Part shown: positions 40,101 through 52,600 of the stretch, piece after piece
Numbering within the stretch: the first letter of the stretch is position 1
How the letters are laid out: the number at the start of each line of letters is the position of its first letter
NCBI GenBank assembly: GCA_030141605.1
Contig: JAQGDQ010000320.1
Coordinates: forward strand, 124,001-188,000
Direction: 5' to 3'
DNA length: 64,000 nt
Source of the DNA: Tubiluchus corallicola
Lineage: Eukaryota; Animalia; Priapulida
Notes under the pieces: model-generated
What the model saw: only the letters and a program-made list of their open reading frames with translations
What the model was told of the DNA's origin: nothing
Database searches by the model: none
Made by a program: the position numbers and the translations under genes

Positions 40101-43100
40101 AAAATGGCATATTTTAAGTTTAAAAACCATATTTCAAGGCTGCCACTGTGCTCATACATTAGCTCTCGAACACGTGCACTACGTCACAACTGAACGCCTT
40201 TTAACTGGTCGAACATGTGCACTACGTCACAACTGAACACCTTTTAACAGGTCGTTCTTGAAAAATAGTACATTCCCTTTCAATGTATTATAAAGTAAAT
40301 TGTTTTGAGTTATAGTTTAAGACGGGGTCTGGTTTTGCTTTAAAGCCGATTCCCAAAACCAGTGGGTAATGCTTTAGAAGTAGGAGTGCGAGGAATGGCA
40401 ATGCAGTATTACAAAATAATATATGTAACATGACTGCTAAACTACACACTGAGGACCAGAGTGTCCTGCACTGATCACTAAGATTTAGACAGTGGCTAGA
40501 AGTGAAATCTAGCCAGTTTATATAGTTAGAGAACTATGCAAAAACTTGGCTTCACATATCCCATTACAGTAAAAATAGGGGAGATCCAGTGAGTATGCAT
40601 ATTCACTGGACCGAACAATTGTACTAGGCGTGAGTTTAACTAGTAAAATGTAAAGTGATTAGTCAATAGATGGCAGCACCTAAAAATATACAGTTACAAC
40701 TTTCACAATATTAGTTGAGAATTAGTTTTCCTGTTAAGCAATTACCTCCGGCAGTTTGAGGACAGTGAGCTTTGTAAGACTTCGCAAGTTCGTCAATGCA
40801 TCATGGCTGATGTTAATCAGATTATACTTTGTCAAAAAGAGGCGTTTTGTCTCTGGAGGTAATCCTGGTGGAATCTGAAATGAAACTAACGAATTTTAAG
40901 TCACGTATTATTGGATTACTTTTAATTAAATCCGTCCACTATCTGTATGAGATTGCGAATGGGTGGTACGGATCTGATTAAAAATTGTGGTTGGACGACA
41001 CGTGTCCGTTTAAGATTTCTGTTGATATTCTGCTTGGATAAGCCTTTTCACAGTTCCGGCGATTGATGATGATCGTTAAAAGTCAAAGGTTAAGTGTAAC
41101 CTGACAAGGGAAGAGAATTTTCCGCGGATACGCGGAATTCCGAGTTTTTGGAAGACCAGTAGTGCCATTTTTGTGAATCGCGTAAATTCGTTGAGAAAAT
41201 TTTTACGGACCCAGTACATTATTTCACAAGCTGACCGCTAGTTGGCAGGCCGTCACTTTGTTTACATCACGTACATCAGTGTAACCACATGTATATCTCC
41301 ATGTATAAAAATATAGAATCAATTGTGCAGAGTTATTTGAGTCAATTGCAGACAGTTTTTATATACTTTTGCATAGGAGCGGCCAGTACTTAGGCGTTTT
41401 TGAGACAATTAGGTATCATGTATCCTTGATAGTTAGGTATTTTAAATTATGCATGAAACAAGGTAACTGATATTTTAAGTCCACTTAGAGGCTCTCTATG
41501 GTCAGAAAATTGCAATTTGTTGCTGCCTACAGCCTGTTTCAGAGTTTTTTTGCAATTTGTAATTCTCATCTCTGCATTTGTGTACACCTGACAACGCCTC
41601 ACAGCCCATGCTATTGTAATAGTAACAATTTTAACAGCTAGCTAGAACCGGACCTAGTTCATTTTTCTTTGGTCCTAAGCAAGATCCTACTAGTAAATCA
41701 CACATAATTAAATAAATTCCACATGAGACAACTGAAGGTACTGAACTGATGCTTTACATTACCCACATGTGACGATTGTAATTTTTACACATTGCTGTGG
41801 TACACTTAAATCTGACCTACAACAACTGCGTGCACGCATAATGAAACTATGGAAAGGCTTATTTGGTGAGGTTGCACTTTCTAAGCTGAGATAATTCACG
41901 TTGAAGTTGAGGTGCAGGCTGTGCACTGAAAACCATAATCTTGAGAAAATCACTGCTAAAGTCAGCCATCGTTTTTTTGTCGCGCCTCTACAAAGCACTT
42001 AGCAACCATGCAAACTTTTGTTGCTACGGACTTCGCAAAAGCACATTGAAGTTATGTTTAAATCCAATAGGTGGCTCTTCCTGATTAAGATCTGGGCTTG
42101 GACTTGGAAAAACTCGAAGCAAAATGACTGCTTCCGTGAGCTAGTATCGGAGTTTGAAAACACGAGTTTGTTGCAGTTGCAATTCTAGTTTCTAGCACAA
42201 AAAATGGGTATAAAATTAGATTTTTGATATTTTTTGAACATTTTCTTGATAATTTGATGCTAGAATATAAAAGTCCGTAAGAAGAATACAAATATATTTA
42301 GCATTTGTTTTTATAAAAAACAAAAAAAATTGACATTTGACCAAATTTTTAGTACATTCTACTTTGAAGCATCACGACGTAGTTTTAATTATGCCGACTT
42401 ATGGATGATTTTGGTTTGCAAGCCGCACATTTAATTGTTTTGTTAATTAGACTACTGAATTTTAATTGGTTGTTGGCGGTTTTAGCGGACAACTAAGTCT
42501 AGAGCAGGGGTGTGCAAATTACGGCCCGCCGAGAAAATTTGTGCGATTTGACAACCTAATGAAAGTGCGGCCCAGGTGATTAATTGAGTGTATCCAGCTG
42601 AAGTCCGTGCCATGATCCCAAAGATAGTGCGGGTAGTTTTTTCTACTAGATCGGATGCCATTAACCCTTACAAGATGGTTGTAGCTTAATGTCACTGTAC
42701 TACACAGACTGTGTGATACACATTACTAATATACATTGTAATGAAATTACCACTATCTGTCCTGAAAGTAGAACATATGGTTTGTAATATAAATTTTAAT
42801 AACTTCTAAAATAGTTTCTTGACTGTAGTAGTAATGATGTACGCAGGTCGGACGCAAAAAAATCCTTACTAGGCCTTTCTGTACTTGGCTCCTTGATCAA
42901 ACTGCCTGTGGCCCACAGGAATTGCGGGAAAGTTTAATGTGGCCCGGCTAGTCAGATAATTTGCACACCCCTGCTCTAGAGGCTTCACAGTGTCTATTTG
43001 TCATCTTTGAAATTTTTGACAATAAGAACCAGCTAAGAAATCTGACTATGAGCAATCTGTCGGAATTTATGAACCAATGATGAGCTGTTCTGAGAGCTTC

Positions 43101-43603
43101 TTGCACAGGTGCAATGATAAGTCAGAGAGTTCCTTTAGAAAGAGCAGCTAACCGAATTTTAAGAAACAGAAGTGATTGAAAATTGTGGACCAAATGGGAT
43201 TTGAACCTGAGTCGGTAGAGATTGCATACCTCTTCTGTTGATTGTCCTAAACCTTCGCATTTCACCCATCCAGCTCGCCCGTCATAACAGTTACAGTGGA
43301 GCGGGCAGTAGTAAGTTAAGGCTGCAACTTGACTGATAAATATCGTCACACATAGAACTGTTTTGTGCACCATTGTCGCAGTTTAGTTGAACCTTGTATG
43401 TTTGGCACTAATTCTATTCATCATTTCTCGTGATTGTCCCCTAAGCTACGTGTTAGACGTGTTTTAAACGATAATTTCTTAGTTGCAAAGTTATTCTTTG
43501 TGTTTATGCTGTCTTGTAGAGCGTCTAGGCTGAGGTTACAGTCTTCTGTTGAATGCTCTTTCAATGATTTTTGTCATGTGTTACTTCCACGTTTCCACAT
43601 ATT

Positions 43604-43643
<40 letters not shown>

Positions 43644-46600
43644 TAATAATCTTTTATTTATCTTTTAACACACGCACAGTTACAATACAATTAATTTAGC
43701 AACAAAAATGTGAAGAAAGGGCAGCGAAAGACCAATTGGTCATCTAGTCAGCTGCCCTTTGGTTAGTGATGAACATTTTTTATAAGCGCTATTTTACAGT
43801 GTGTTAGTGTTAGTACTGCTTATAATAAAAACTAAATTGTTACGAATGACATTAAATTGATATGCTTATAACGTGTTAGTACAATTCATACACAGTAATA
43901 ATAAGTGCATAATAAAAAAAATCAAACTGAAAATAACAGAAATAAAACTGAACTGAAATAAGGACTGAAACAAGAACTGAAATAAAAATCTGACATCAGA
44001 AACATAATAACAATGGCAACTGAAACTTCACTTTTAATCCTGAACTAATTTTAATCACCATTCGTTAGTTTACAGCAATGCAGAAGTTTGTTAGTGATAT
44101 ATTTTAAAGTACACATAGCACAGTTAACATTATTCATCACACTATCACTGCACAAGACTATATATCACAGAAAGTTGATCACTCTGTCAGCATCCTTTCT
44201 CCTTATCGGATCTTGAACTTCCTGAACTAACCTTGCTCTTCCAGTTACTGCTGATTGGGTTTTACCTGTTGCTCTGTGGAACGTACTGTATAAACTTTTC
44301 AGTAGTTCGTCTGTTGCTAATTATCCATGGTCCTTGATCGATGGATTTTTAAATTACCGATTTCCAAACATGTCAAGTTAAAGTATTAAGAAGCATCAAC
44401 TATACAGACTGGATTGTTGTTGCACACACTTCTTCATCACTCATATTTTCTCTCTTGTCTACAAAACGTTTTGTACAATCTATAAATGTTCTAGGATAGC
44501 CCTGATATAATATATATATATGCATTTGTTTCTGTGTAAATAAAAACGAAATTAAAGTTCAATAAACGGTTTTTGTGTAATTTTTCTCTTGCAAACTCAA
44601 AAGTAGCCTTGTTAGCGATAGAACGGTAAGCGGGATTTTTTTATTTTTAGTTTTTCTATTATGAATAATTATTTATAGGTAATTTTTTCGCTCCTGCAAA
44701 TGCTTCCGCCTTCTTTAACACCAGTTATTTAGCTTTTTGATTAAAGATTAAGATGGTGAACAGCGCAGTTTTACAGCGGATCAAACGTCACTTTGCCGGT
44801 CACTAGTGTTTTGAAAGTCGTCATGAGGATGTAGAACGCCGTAACTGATAAGACGGAGAGGATTATTGTTGCTAGAACGATATCCCACAAGTCATTCGTT
44901 TGACTTCTCACTCTTCGCGTTATTCCTCCTGCCATCCCGTTTTTGCTGGCTTCTTCGTTAATTACCAACAGGTGTGAGGAGTTGCGTAGAGTCTTTTTCT
45001 ACTTATAAGTATGCACACACCTTTTGTGCATAGTTTCTGTAATTATAAGCATCACAGGTTTGCACACAGTTGTCATAACTACTTCCTGTCTTATCTTTTG
45101 CTCAACGTTGTTGTTCGGGTACTTTCTTGCTAAACCACTTTACAAGACACATAGGTTAACGTTTTCTAAAATTAGTTTACGGTCTGCGGCGACATTCAGT
45201 AAGTGCTGAGTGCTTGCCTGAGAACAACTACGATTGTTTCCTGTTCCGCTAACATAGGATGTATTAATTCTATACCTTAGCTGTCCTTCCTGTAGAGTTT
45301 ATTAAATTTCCTCTTTGTAATTGCTCTGGTCTAATAAAAGCTGTGGTAATTCGTTCTGAAAACTTAGTTTCACCTTACATTATTGTCAGCTTAGAAACTG
45401 TTAGTCATGCTTTGGCTCTGTTGTCAGGTTTAGGGACTAATTTAGTCAGAATGAGTGTACTTGTGGAAAGTTTTGAAACGCCATGTTTTTTTTTTGTTAA
45501 GCTGGTTCTTTTGAAATGTTCGTGTTTAAAAAGTTTACCAGTTAAAAAGATTTTATTCAGAATTGAACCAAAAGTCTGAGAGTGATGCAGTGAGTGTTTT
45601 AGAATCATTTTTATTGCTGGTCAAATGTCAATGTGTCTTACTTAATATCTAGGAGCTGAGAGTGCAGTAGCACCAACCCCTCATCCAGAACCAGTAGAAC
45701 AGGAGGACGAGGAGGATGAACAGGAACAGGAGGCGGAAGTTGTCACTCTCGAAAAAGAGTTCAATTTTACTGACTATATAAAAGTGTGAGTGTTTATTAA
45801 TAGCCGCCGATAGCTTGCAGAATTTTCCTGTTAAACTGTTTATTTTTCTACAGTAGAACATGAAATAAATCAAAAAATAGACTTCATAGACACATGAAAA
45901 TTGCAGTGAAGTCCACGTGGGAGGGAGTTATGATGCTAGTGTTTTGATCTGTGACCCTTTAAAAGACAAGAAAAAGGGTACCTGAAGTAGGTTTCGGTAT
46001 CATCATCTTAAAAATTACTTTATAACAATTTTATGCATATGTTGTACTTGCTTTGAAAGGATTTTTTTGTTTGTTTTCATTTTGAATCTCCCGCAATGCT
46101 GTTCCAACAGCGCCATCACATGACGTCATGTACGTTTGACATAGATCAGGGGAAGAAAACGAAATGTTAAGTTATGTCCCAAAAAATTTTCCATGCAAAG
46201 TTATATTTCGTAGCTTAAGTGTTTGAAAGACTAATACAACTAGAAAAGAAAATTATTAATTATTTAAAACGTTTTTGTGACTCACCTCCAGGGTGCACCA
46301 CTCACTAAACCAAAAACACATTTTTTATCTCATAGACAAGATACGGTAATTTAAAATTTTACTTAGTTAGTGACGTGTGCGCTACGAATGCTCTGGTTAT
46401 TTTTTCAAACTTTACTCAGCGTTATTTAAACTTATTTCAGATAACTTATCGTCAAAATACCTGCATCTAACGGTCATTGCAGAGTTTTAATTTACATGTT
46501 TTATACAGCGTTACTAACAATGCAAGCCCTGTATGCAAAATGCAGTGTGTAAGTGGTACAAAATTTCAAGACGAAGTTTTTAAGCTTTACGTAAGTGGAG

Positions 46601-49600
46601 GGTTTTCTCGTGCGGTAAGCCTTATTTCTTTGAACATTGGTCAGCGGAAATAAGTTTGCTATTTTCAAACTGCCCCTAGAGCTTTGAGCCAGACTAGAAT
46701 TTTTTTGCTTGTAGAAATCAACAACTGGGATGTGATAGATGTGTTCTGAGTATGTTTCAAGAAGCAGGGGCGGAACTAGACGTGGCAAGCAGGGGGGCGC
46801 AAAAATTTTCTGGGGGGGAGGGCGAGGTATCCGAAGTGGTTAAATAATGGTTAAGCCAATTTTTAACCCCTTTTATACTCCATGCAGGCCTATAATTAGT
46901 GTGTGTAGGACGGCATAGCGGACAAAGCAATAATGAGAAAATTAACTCTCAGTTAACCTTACATTATTAATGTGCCTCTAACTAAATTGTTATTTAACTC
47001 GGTGACAAACTTGAATGATAAAAAATATTATTGGGCTACTGCAAAAAAAATTGTTTGTCCGATTTGGCAGGGGGGCGCCCCCTTCGCCCCCTCCTAATTC
47101 CGCCCCTGTCAAGAAGTGGACAAGTCATAATGGCAGGTGCCAAAAGGTGGAACTGTTGGGGTTGCTGGTTTTGGTCTTATCTCTTCTTGGCTGTGGCTAT
47201 TTTTGCATATGTGAAGAGATGGAGTGGGTTAGATGTTCATTTTCAAGAGTTTTCAAGACTGGCCTTATGCAGGAGTGAAAGTATAAAAGTATGGTCAGTC
47301 GAATAAAACTGAAATGTAGAATAGGGTGTTGTAAAAGGTACAAGGTAGACAGTAGAAATTTATACAGTGTGCTCCATTTATTTTACTCACGGTTAATAGA
47401 TTAAGTTGCCTAATTGACTCAAAAACGTCAACGGGCCACTCCCATGAATTTAAATGTATATAAAAACCGTTGGCAATTGACTCAAATAACTCTACTAAAT
47501 TGACTCAATGTTTTTGCTTCATGTGCTTAAAATAAGATACTTTTTTGTGATGAAAGAGCTTTTTTGTGACAAAAGAGTTTCATTAACGTTTTATGTCATC
47601 TTTACCTTTCTTGGGTGCACTATAATGTTCGTAGAAACAGTCGTGTTAAGTATAGTCTTGTTTGTAAACATGCGTGTTTATTACCCACTGCAATTAGCCT
47701 TGTTGTTTTAGGAAGCTAAACTTAATCACTTGCTTTTTGTTTTTGAAGTTTTTGAAGTTTTTGAAGTGGTTTGTTTTTGAAGCTCCCGCTGCTTTTTACA
47801 GGTGAAATAAGGTTATCACCAACCAGGGCCGGAACTAGATGTGGCAAGCAGGGGGGGGGGGGTATCCGAAGTGGTTAAATAATGGTTAAGCCAATTTTTA
47901 ACCCCCTTTATACTGCATGCAGGCCTATAATTAGCGTGTGTGTAGGACGGCGTAGCGGACAGAGCAATAATGAGAAAATTAACTCTCAGTTAACCTAACG
48001 TTATTAATGTGCCTCTAACTAAATTGTTATTTACGGAAATTCATCACACACGAGTTTTAAGAAAATAATACACTGAAGCTACCAAACATTTTTTTACCTA
48101 ATTCTAATTCATATTGAAAATGATTACATGCTAACTGCAATTTTCACTGCAAAAAAATTATTTGTCCGATTTTGCGGGGGGGCGCGCAAAATTTGACAAG
48201 GGGGCGCCCCCCCCTAGTTCCGCCCCTGTCACCAACTGCAGCTCGATTATAGTATTTCTAGAATTCATTTAAACCCTTTGCAGTGTATCCTAAGCTGATG
48301 ATTGGTGACTCATGCTTCTGTAGTAGTAATGCTACACCCGTCAGATTCGGTTGGTAATTGGGTCAAAATATTTTCGTCCCAAATTGAGTCCCTTAAGCGG
48401 TGCCTACTGTATGATATAACGATTTAGGTCGGCTGATCAGAAATTTTGTGCGCATTTTAGGTTTGCAAACACGAACATTTTGAAACCATATGCATTGTTA
48501 CTGACGTCTTACAAGAAGAACAGCTCCTTCACTAATCACTGCATCGTGAAAATGTTTCACCGGATCGCGGTGGATCTTCATATGGCTCCGCTGCTCTTCC
48601 AGGCTCGTTTGTTTCGCACATTCCAGGAGCTGCTTTACGATCCAGTTGCCGAGAAATCGTCGTCATTAAAGGTGCGTAACAGAATTTGTTTTTAGCTGTC
48701 TTAAAACTAGTGCAAGTTACCGTACAGGGTTCCCAGGGTCGGGGAAAATCCTGGAAGATCCTTGAAAATACAGTCTATCCTGGAAAGTCATAGGAAAATC
48801 AGAGAAAAGGATAATTTGATAAAAAGTCAGGGATGATGATGAAAGTAGGGCAAAAAGTCGGGGAAATTGGAAAGGGTTGCAAATATAATCACCGTCAAAC
48901 GATATTTTCACCAATTTGTGATCAAATGAAATTTTGTTATGACAGGCTCCCAGTTTCGATTTCCGTTCCAAATATAACGATTGGATTAAGAAAGTTTATT
49001 TTATGTGATAAGTGTAATTTCGTTAGCACTACCGTAACTGCGTCGACACGTTTTATATCAGTTTATATGTGAATGTCCGTATACAAAAATTTTGAATGTG
49101 TATACTGGTAATACAATTTCTGTTGATCTTGGTCGTGGAAAATCAATATTTGCTCAGGGAAATTTATTTTTAAATTCTGTGGGAACCCTGCCGTATCACT
49201 GCCAGGATGTGGCCAGGGTATCAGGGGAAGATCCGGGTAATTGAAGCTAAGATTTTTGACGAAAACATTTGAGACCATCTTCAGAACTTGGAAAGTAACG
49301 TTACACATATTAAATACTAATTTATCGATTTTTTTTCTAAAAAAGAAATATAATATTTCTAAAAAGCTAGCCAGAATCCAAACTTTGGGATCTATTCAAT
49401 GTGGACAGTTGTGGAAAGACTGGAATCTAACCAATTATCATAGCTATGCTTCTGGTGTGAGACACTGAATTAGCTGTGATATGTTCGTGGTGTTTAGGAT
49501 TGTTGTGTCATTATGGTCTCGACTCAAGATACAAGACACAAGAGGGGGAGACGGCACAAGTGCTAATATTCCCATCTCTATTTTATGGAATATGAAGAAT

Positions 49601-52600
49601 AAATTTCTGCTAATTGCATCAAGCGTTTTGCCTGATCGACTTGTTTACAAACTGATTTGTTATTCCTAATGTTGCATTTTTCTAGGAGCTGTGTACATTT
49701 GCTAAATACTTACTAAGAAAGTTCTTTGAATCACTTCCTGAAAATCCCAAGCTGGTCCTGGAGATTTTGTTCTGGAAAAACAGCCGAGATGTTGCGGCCA
49801 TTGAGTCGGGTTATGCAGAAAGCAAGACAGCGTAAGCACTTTCATTTAATATCCCGTCTCTTAACTATTTTTTGAACACAGTAAAAACTGTCGAACACAA
49901 ATCATTGCAATTCTTTTGAGATACGTAAATGAACGAACTTATTTACATAAGGGTCTAGTTACTGGTCCACCCCAGTCCCCTGGTCCACTTTCAGCCATAT
50001 TTGGTCCACTCTTAAGTGGACCATCCTCCCCGGTTGAATAACACTGGTCTAGTATATATATATCCATGTTTATCATTGCCAGTGTCTATGCTTGTCAGAG
50101 CTTAAAAATCTGCTATTTTAATTGTAAAAAAACTTTGAATTTTCAACTTGTGAATCATACATAATTGCGTACGACTTACCTTATTTTATAGTGGCAACTT
50201 ACACTGTTTCTTTATTCTTTAATATCTTATTAGTGCCAAATCGCCAAAAGGTCTATGGTCCGAAGAACAAGAATTGGAACTGCAGTCTCTCTACGAGCGT
50301 TTTATGAGCTGCGACGATTCAGGTGGGTGTAAGTCGTAGACATAATAATGCAGTCTCATCTTCCGTAAGATTGCTAGCTTTGTGCGTGTTTGCTACAGCT
50401 GCTAAATTGAACCTATGATAATCTGTTTATACTCAGGTACTTTTTGCGTAAAACTTTTGCACTAATCGTAGATTTCACAGAGTTGTTACACTAATTATAC
50501 ATATCTTACTGTTATTTATTTATTATTACTGCCATTTCTTATCTGCTATTTGCTGTACAAGTACTAAGTTAATGACTACGGCCAAATCACGTTGAAAACA
50601 TCGGTTCTCGTCTGATCACCGAAGTTAAACAACATAGAGCTTGGTTAGTGCTTGGATGGGTGTAGGTGCTGTAGGCTTGCGGGATGCCCACACTGTATCT
50701 CGACACTAGGCGGAGGAGCTGTACAAGCAGCCAACGGCTAGAGGGCGGAGGAGGTCAAGTGATCCAACGGCCATGCGTAGAGGAGTAAACCTTCCAAATC
50801 AGAAGTGGATCCCCGAAGGTGGACCAGTGCAGCATGCTCACTGACTCCGGCAGCTCCTGCAGCCAACCTGGTGCCAAACGTATCACTCCGTTTTCCTTTG
50901 GACTACACCAGGGAGGAAAAGAGGGGGTTCCTGTTGTCTGAGCAACTCAGGATCTCCACACACCTTGCCCAGGCGTGCGCCCTGGAGACGTTGAATGATC
51001 GCACTGCTCAGCCACAGTCGACGCTGCAGCTCCATGAATGTGATCAATAACTGACTCTCTTGGCGCACACTCCATTGTCCACACTCCGAGACACAAGGAT
51101 GCCAATAACAACTAAGTTAATTGAACGTGGTTTTCTTTCAGCAACTGCTGATTAGTTTGAACCTGGTTACGATGTTAATATTTAAAACAAATGTTTCAGA
51201 GAGGGATGTGGTAGATCTGATCCTAGATAATATAACTGACAAATCAAGAAGTCGGAAACAGATTATTGGTCAACTCAGGCGACAGGGTCTCATAGAGGGC
51301 GCTAAAGATGTAAAGAAACACAAAGTGTGAGTGTTTGCTGATTTTATCAAAATTGTACAGCATGTTTTGATTAATTATGCTTCATTCATAAAAAAAGTAG
51401 GTTTAAATGTTGAAGTGGTGGAGTTACTTGGGCAGGCTCCATTTTACTAGGTTCTGCGGAGAAATTATTCGTTGAAACTTTTGTGTACCAACTAAAAGGC
51501 AATTTGGAAATTTTGTTTTCAAACTGGATTGTTCACATGCGGAATTGTTCACATGTGGAATTGTTCACATGTGGAATTGTTCACATGTGGAATTCGCTTC
51601 CAAAATCATTGAATGAACCATGAACCATTGTGACTGCAGCAAATTTTAAATTATTTAGTAAAATATTATGTTCAGTTGAGTCTGATAATTTTCTCAAGTA
51701 TAAAAGGCGCATGTAAGCAGTTTTTCTCTTTCATAAATGTGATTTATTTTAATGTAATTTTTTATTGTGATTTAATAGTGTAGTGTTGTATTCTTATACG
51801 TACACTGTAAATTTTAATTCGAGTGTTAATAATTGAAATTATTGCGCAAAACTCGTAATCTGCAGTCTCTGTTAATCTTTGTTCTGCCTGCCTCAAAAAA
51901 TGTCTCAACAAAATTGTTGATTATTGCCTGATGTTTTTTAGCTGATTGATTTTTTTAGGAAATTTTCAAAGCTAATGTTCAATATTTTATTACAGCAAAA
52001 TACATAATTTTATGATTTATTACTTGGGGTGAGCATCGAACGTTCGAATGCTCGAATTCGATTCGAACGAGTTTTTTTAGTTCAAACTCGATTCGAATCC
52101 AAAACTATAGATTCGAATAATTCAGCACTTCAATCACGTATGCTCCTGATCATTAAAACTATTGAAACATCATGCAATTTAGTTGTTATTTCTGCGCACA
52201 ACTTTAAGCAAATTACTAGTCGTTTTATTGCAGAACAAAATCTAGTGACATGCATGATCTTTGTAAGAGTAATTTTTGCTGGTGGTTCGAAAACTAGTTC
52301 GAAAATCGTTCAATCTCAATTCGAATTCGGTTCAAATTCGAAACACTGAAATTCGGTTCGTTTCGAATTCGAAAGTTACAAATTCGGTTCGATTCGAATT
52401 CGCTTTCTGGTAGAGAATGCTCACCCCTATTTATTACTTCGCCGGTACCTATTTCAATGTGGAATTTGTGTTTCCAAGAAGTGTGTGTTTTTTTATGTGA
52501 TAACTGACCACAACTGTAAAAGTTGCAGATATGAAATTTGTGGAAGGACAGGTTGATAAAAAAATAGGTAGGAAAAACTATTTTTTGCTGATTAAGTAAC

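Noticed and set aside
44771-45358. Stop-codon reassignment explaining the in-frame TAA/TAG
   Set aside because: The neighbouring LRR gene terminates at TAA and no modelled exon contains in-frame stops; decay or chance is simpler.
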